Assembly: GCA_965223425.1 (NCBI GenBank)
Contig: OZ245003.1
Span: 192,001 to 256,000, forward strand
Origin: Nitrosopumilus sp.
GTDB taxonomy: Archaea > Thermoproteota > Nitrososphaeria > Nitrososphaerales > Nitrosopumilaceae
Length of the DNA: 64,000 nt
Direction of reading: 5' to 3'
Positions 61,604-64,000 of this stretch are shown here, piece after piece. Made by a program: the position numbers and the translations under genes. The notes beneath the pieces were generated by a model. That model saw nothing but the letters and a program-made list of their open reading frames with translations, ran no database searches and was not told the origin of the DNA. Every line of letters starts with the position of its first letter. Position 1 is the first letter of the stretch.

Positions 61604-62557
61604 CTATTTTTGTAATCTTGATACAAGAGCTGCATAGATGAATGGCAATATTGTTGTAATTTCTGCATGAAGTGTTGCTTGTTTTGCATTCTGTGTTACT
61701 TTTCCCCATGAAATTGCTTCTTTAACCAATGCCCCACTAAGACTTCCATCAAACTCTTGTGCAGTTGTAATGTAAAACGCATAATCCATTCCATCTCTGT
61801 ATTGATTCCACCATAATGTGTGATGCTTTGATATTCCTCCACCAATCATAAATGCTCCTGATTTTTTAGCTTTGAAAATTAATCCTGAAAGTAATTCTGC
61901 ATCTCCTATCAAGTTAAGCTTGAAATCAGTATGTTTTTGTATAAACATCCAAATTTGACTTCCAACTGCTCCGTCTACAATTCCTGGAACTATGACACTA
62001 ACATCATTTTTGTATGCCCAATAGAGATATGAATCCTCTCCCAAATGTTTTCCAATCATTTTGCATATCTCGGCAGTAGTCATTTCTCTTACTCCGTTTT
62101 GATATTCTTCTTCTAAAAATTCCTGCATCTTTTCTTCAATGATTGGCCCATAACTCTCCATAGGTACCAGTACATTACCTAATCTGTGGATGTTTTGGTC
62201 TGCTAATTCTCCATCATCCATAGTAAAGGATCCTTCTTTGTAATGTGAAAAATGTCTAGCAATATCGTGATCTAATGATCCACAAGTTACCATAGCTACA
62301 TCAAACCATTTGTTTTTGATCATATCTTTAATGATCCCTCTGGTTCCAGTTGATACTATTGCTGCTACAAATGAGACAAATTTAAGACAATCTTTATCTG
62401 AAATCATTTTTGTTAAAATTTCTAATCCATCTGAAAGATTTACTGATTCAAACCCTCCTGATTTAGATAATTCTTCAAATATTTTTTCTATTGATGTATT
62501 TGTGTCAATTTCAATATCTTTTACCGGTCTACCTGGTTCTAGCACGTTTTTTTTCAT
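61604..62557 (-). CDS. dys: deoxyhypusine synthase
   Basis: SGGF, HRLGNV, PGIVDGAVG, IGGGISKHH, DGSLSGA, EAISWGK. Confidence 0.93.
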   Translation of the reverse strand: MKKNVLEPGRPVKDIEIDTNTSIEKIFEELSKSGGFESVNLSDGLEILTKMISDKDCLKFVSFVAAIVSTGTRGIIKDMIKNKWFDVAMVTCGSLDHDIARHFSHYKEGSFTMDDGELADQNIHRLGNVLVPMESYGPIIEEKMQEFLEEEYQNGVREMTTAEICKMIGKHLGEDSYLYWAYKNDVSVIVPGIVDGAVGSQIWMFIQKHTDFKLNLIGDAELLSGLIFKAKKSGAFMIGGGISKHHTLWWNQYRDGMDYAFYITTAQEFDGSLSGALVKEAISWGKVTQNAKQATLHAEITTILPFIYAALVSRLQK

Positions 62558-62638
62558 TGATACCAAATATAAGTTTCTACTTTGTATAAAATTAAAAAAC
62601 CACAGTTTCTGTTTTGTTAAATGATTCACCTTGATTTT

Positions 62639-63203
62639 CTATTCTTTGTTCATCTTTTCTATTTCTGGTTTTATTTTTAAAACCATTTTAAAATAATCCT
62701 TTTTGGGCTCAATACTAGCCACAAATAAGTTACTATCATCCATTGGAATGCTAATTAAAGTAACTTTGTCGCATTCTACAACTTGTTAACGTTATCATCA
62801 ATTAAAAAGCTCCAATGCATTGGAATGCTAATTAAAGTAACTTTGTCGCATTCTACAACTTGTTAACGTTATCATCAATTAAAAAGCTCCAATGCATTGG
62901 AATGCTAATTAAAGTAACTTTGTCGCATTCTACAACTGATGCTCTCTTATGCTAATTAAAGTAACTTTGTCGCATTCTACAACTGATGCTCTCTTATAAC
63001 CAATTTTATGAGACAGGTTTTGATTTCTTCCATTCTAGCATAGAGTAATGTAAAGACATTTGTAATTCACTAGGAGATAGATAATCTTCAATTCCTTCTT
63101 GTTTGATCTCATTAATTAAAACTCCTTTAGTGTTTACAACTCCTGCAAATCGCATTTTTGAATCCAATTTGATAATATTTTCACATAAATTATCATAATT
63201 CAT
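62639..63203 (-). pseudogene. thaumarchaeal roadblock-like (DUF6659-type) protein pseudogene
   Basis: CENIIKLDSKMRFAGVVN...; frameshift near 63020; then LSHKIG..SVVECDKVTLISIP interrupted by duplications. Confidence 0.65.
62741..62996. repeat. nested duplication: 77-bp unit x2, 43-bp core x3, 47-bp tandem x2
   Basis: CATTGGAATGCTAATTAAAGTAACTTTGTCGCATTCTACAACT at 62741, 62818 and 62895, separated by an identical 34-bp insert; 62902-62948 repeated at 62949-62995. Confidence 0.92.
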
Positions 63204-63256
63204 TGTTGTTCAATATTAGAAATTAAATATTAAAGCTAATTAATTTAATTCGTACT

Positions 63257-63484
63257 TTATTTTATTTTAATTCCAAAAACTATTCCATAGTAATCTGTGT
63301 ATGACACATCAGTGATTTTGACATTAAATTTTTGTAAAATTTGCTCCATATACTCAAATTGTATTGTGTGTTGATTTGTTTTTATTTTGACATTTCCTTC
63401 AGTTATTACTTTTTCCCAATCAGATATGCTGTTTTCTATAAATTCGAATACTTTATCGTATTCTTCAGTCTCTTTTTCACTCAA
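63257..63484 (-). CDS. hypothetical protein
   Basis: 75-aa ORF with host-like composition. Confidence 0.6.
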   Translation of the reverse strand: MSEKETEEYDKVFEFIENSISDWEKVITEGNVKIKTNQHTIQFEYMEQILQKFNVKITDVSYTDYYGIVFGIKIK

Positions 63485-63562
63485 ATTTATTTTTCAATGC
63501 AGGGTTGAACTTTAAATCTTCTGGAATTATTTTTATGGTAGGTATAGATAAAAACGAGTAAC

Positions 63563-63802
63563 TTGGATTTACACTATATGGTTCACAAGCCAGATTCAGA
63601 AAGGACATTATCAGTTAAAACAAAATTACTTCTTATCGTGATAATGTTTATTGTTATCAATTTGGTTTTTTATTTTGGATTTGACTCTTCAGATGAACCA
63701 AATGAATCAGAGGAATCAATCGAAATAGATGATGCCAATCAACTATCTAATGAAAAAAGTGTTGACCTAGGTGAAGGTTTAGACATAACAATTAATCCCT
63801 AG
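63563..63802 (+). CDS. hypothetical single-TM protein with acidic tail
   Basis: Hydrophobic helix followed by an acidic segment. Confidence 0.55.
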   Translation: MDLHYMVHKPDSERTLSVKTKLLLIVIMFIVINLVFYFGFDSSDEPNESEESIEIDDANQLSNEKSVDLGEGLDITINP

Positions 63803-64000
63803 TCTTTGTTTGTAACAGCTCGAGTTTCTGAAGTGCCGTGCCTAAATTGGATGTAAAATCTGTGATTTTGATGTGTTTTACGCATGCAACTTCATAAACT
63901 CGATCAGTTACCTTTGTTTCTATATTTTGCATAAACTGAATAAATTTAGCCTCAATTACCTCTAATCTTAAATAGAAAATTATTCTAACAGAGTAAATCA

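Noticed and set aside
62741-62996. Canonical CRISPR array
   Set aside because: The spacers are identical, the repeat is protein-coding sequence of the surrounding gene, and no cas genes or leader are visible

Overview
AT-rich archaeal chromosome segment from a Nitrosopumilaceae-type ammonia-oxidising archaeon (Nitrososphaerota). The inference rests on archaeal GatDE, PriSL, eIF2 alpha/gamma, rpS6e, Nop10, Lsm, AglB and deoxyhypusine synthase, together with CdvB/ESCRT-III, bacterial-type MetK, GrpE-DnaK-DnaJ and two anaerobic cobalamin gene clusters. Most of the window is conserved housekeeping, with three tRNAs (Gly-CCC, Gln-TTG, Leu-CAG). Accessory or decaying DNA interrupts it in several places: a 1.6-kb integrase-less island bounded by a 20-bp duplication of the tRNA-Gly 3' end, carrying coupled micro-ORFs (one Cys-rich) and a SAM methyltransferase; an intact GC-rich IS630 behind tRNA-Leu; an ISH3-family remnant and its 140-bp MITE; two IS5-like (DDE_Tnp_4-type) pseudogenes, one with a 12 x 21-bp heptad expansion; and several pseudogenes. 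The other notable items are a racemase with both catalytic Cys positions occupied by Ser, a decapitated HD-like/YwgA-like/HNH-like module, and two repeat-insert-repeat scars with palindromic junctions. All family assignments come from motif recognition by eye; no database searches were run.
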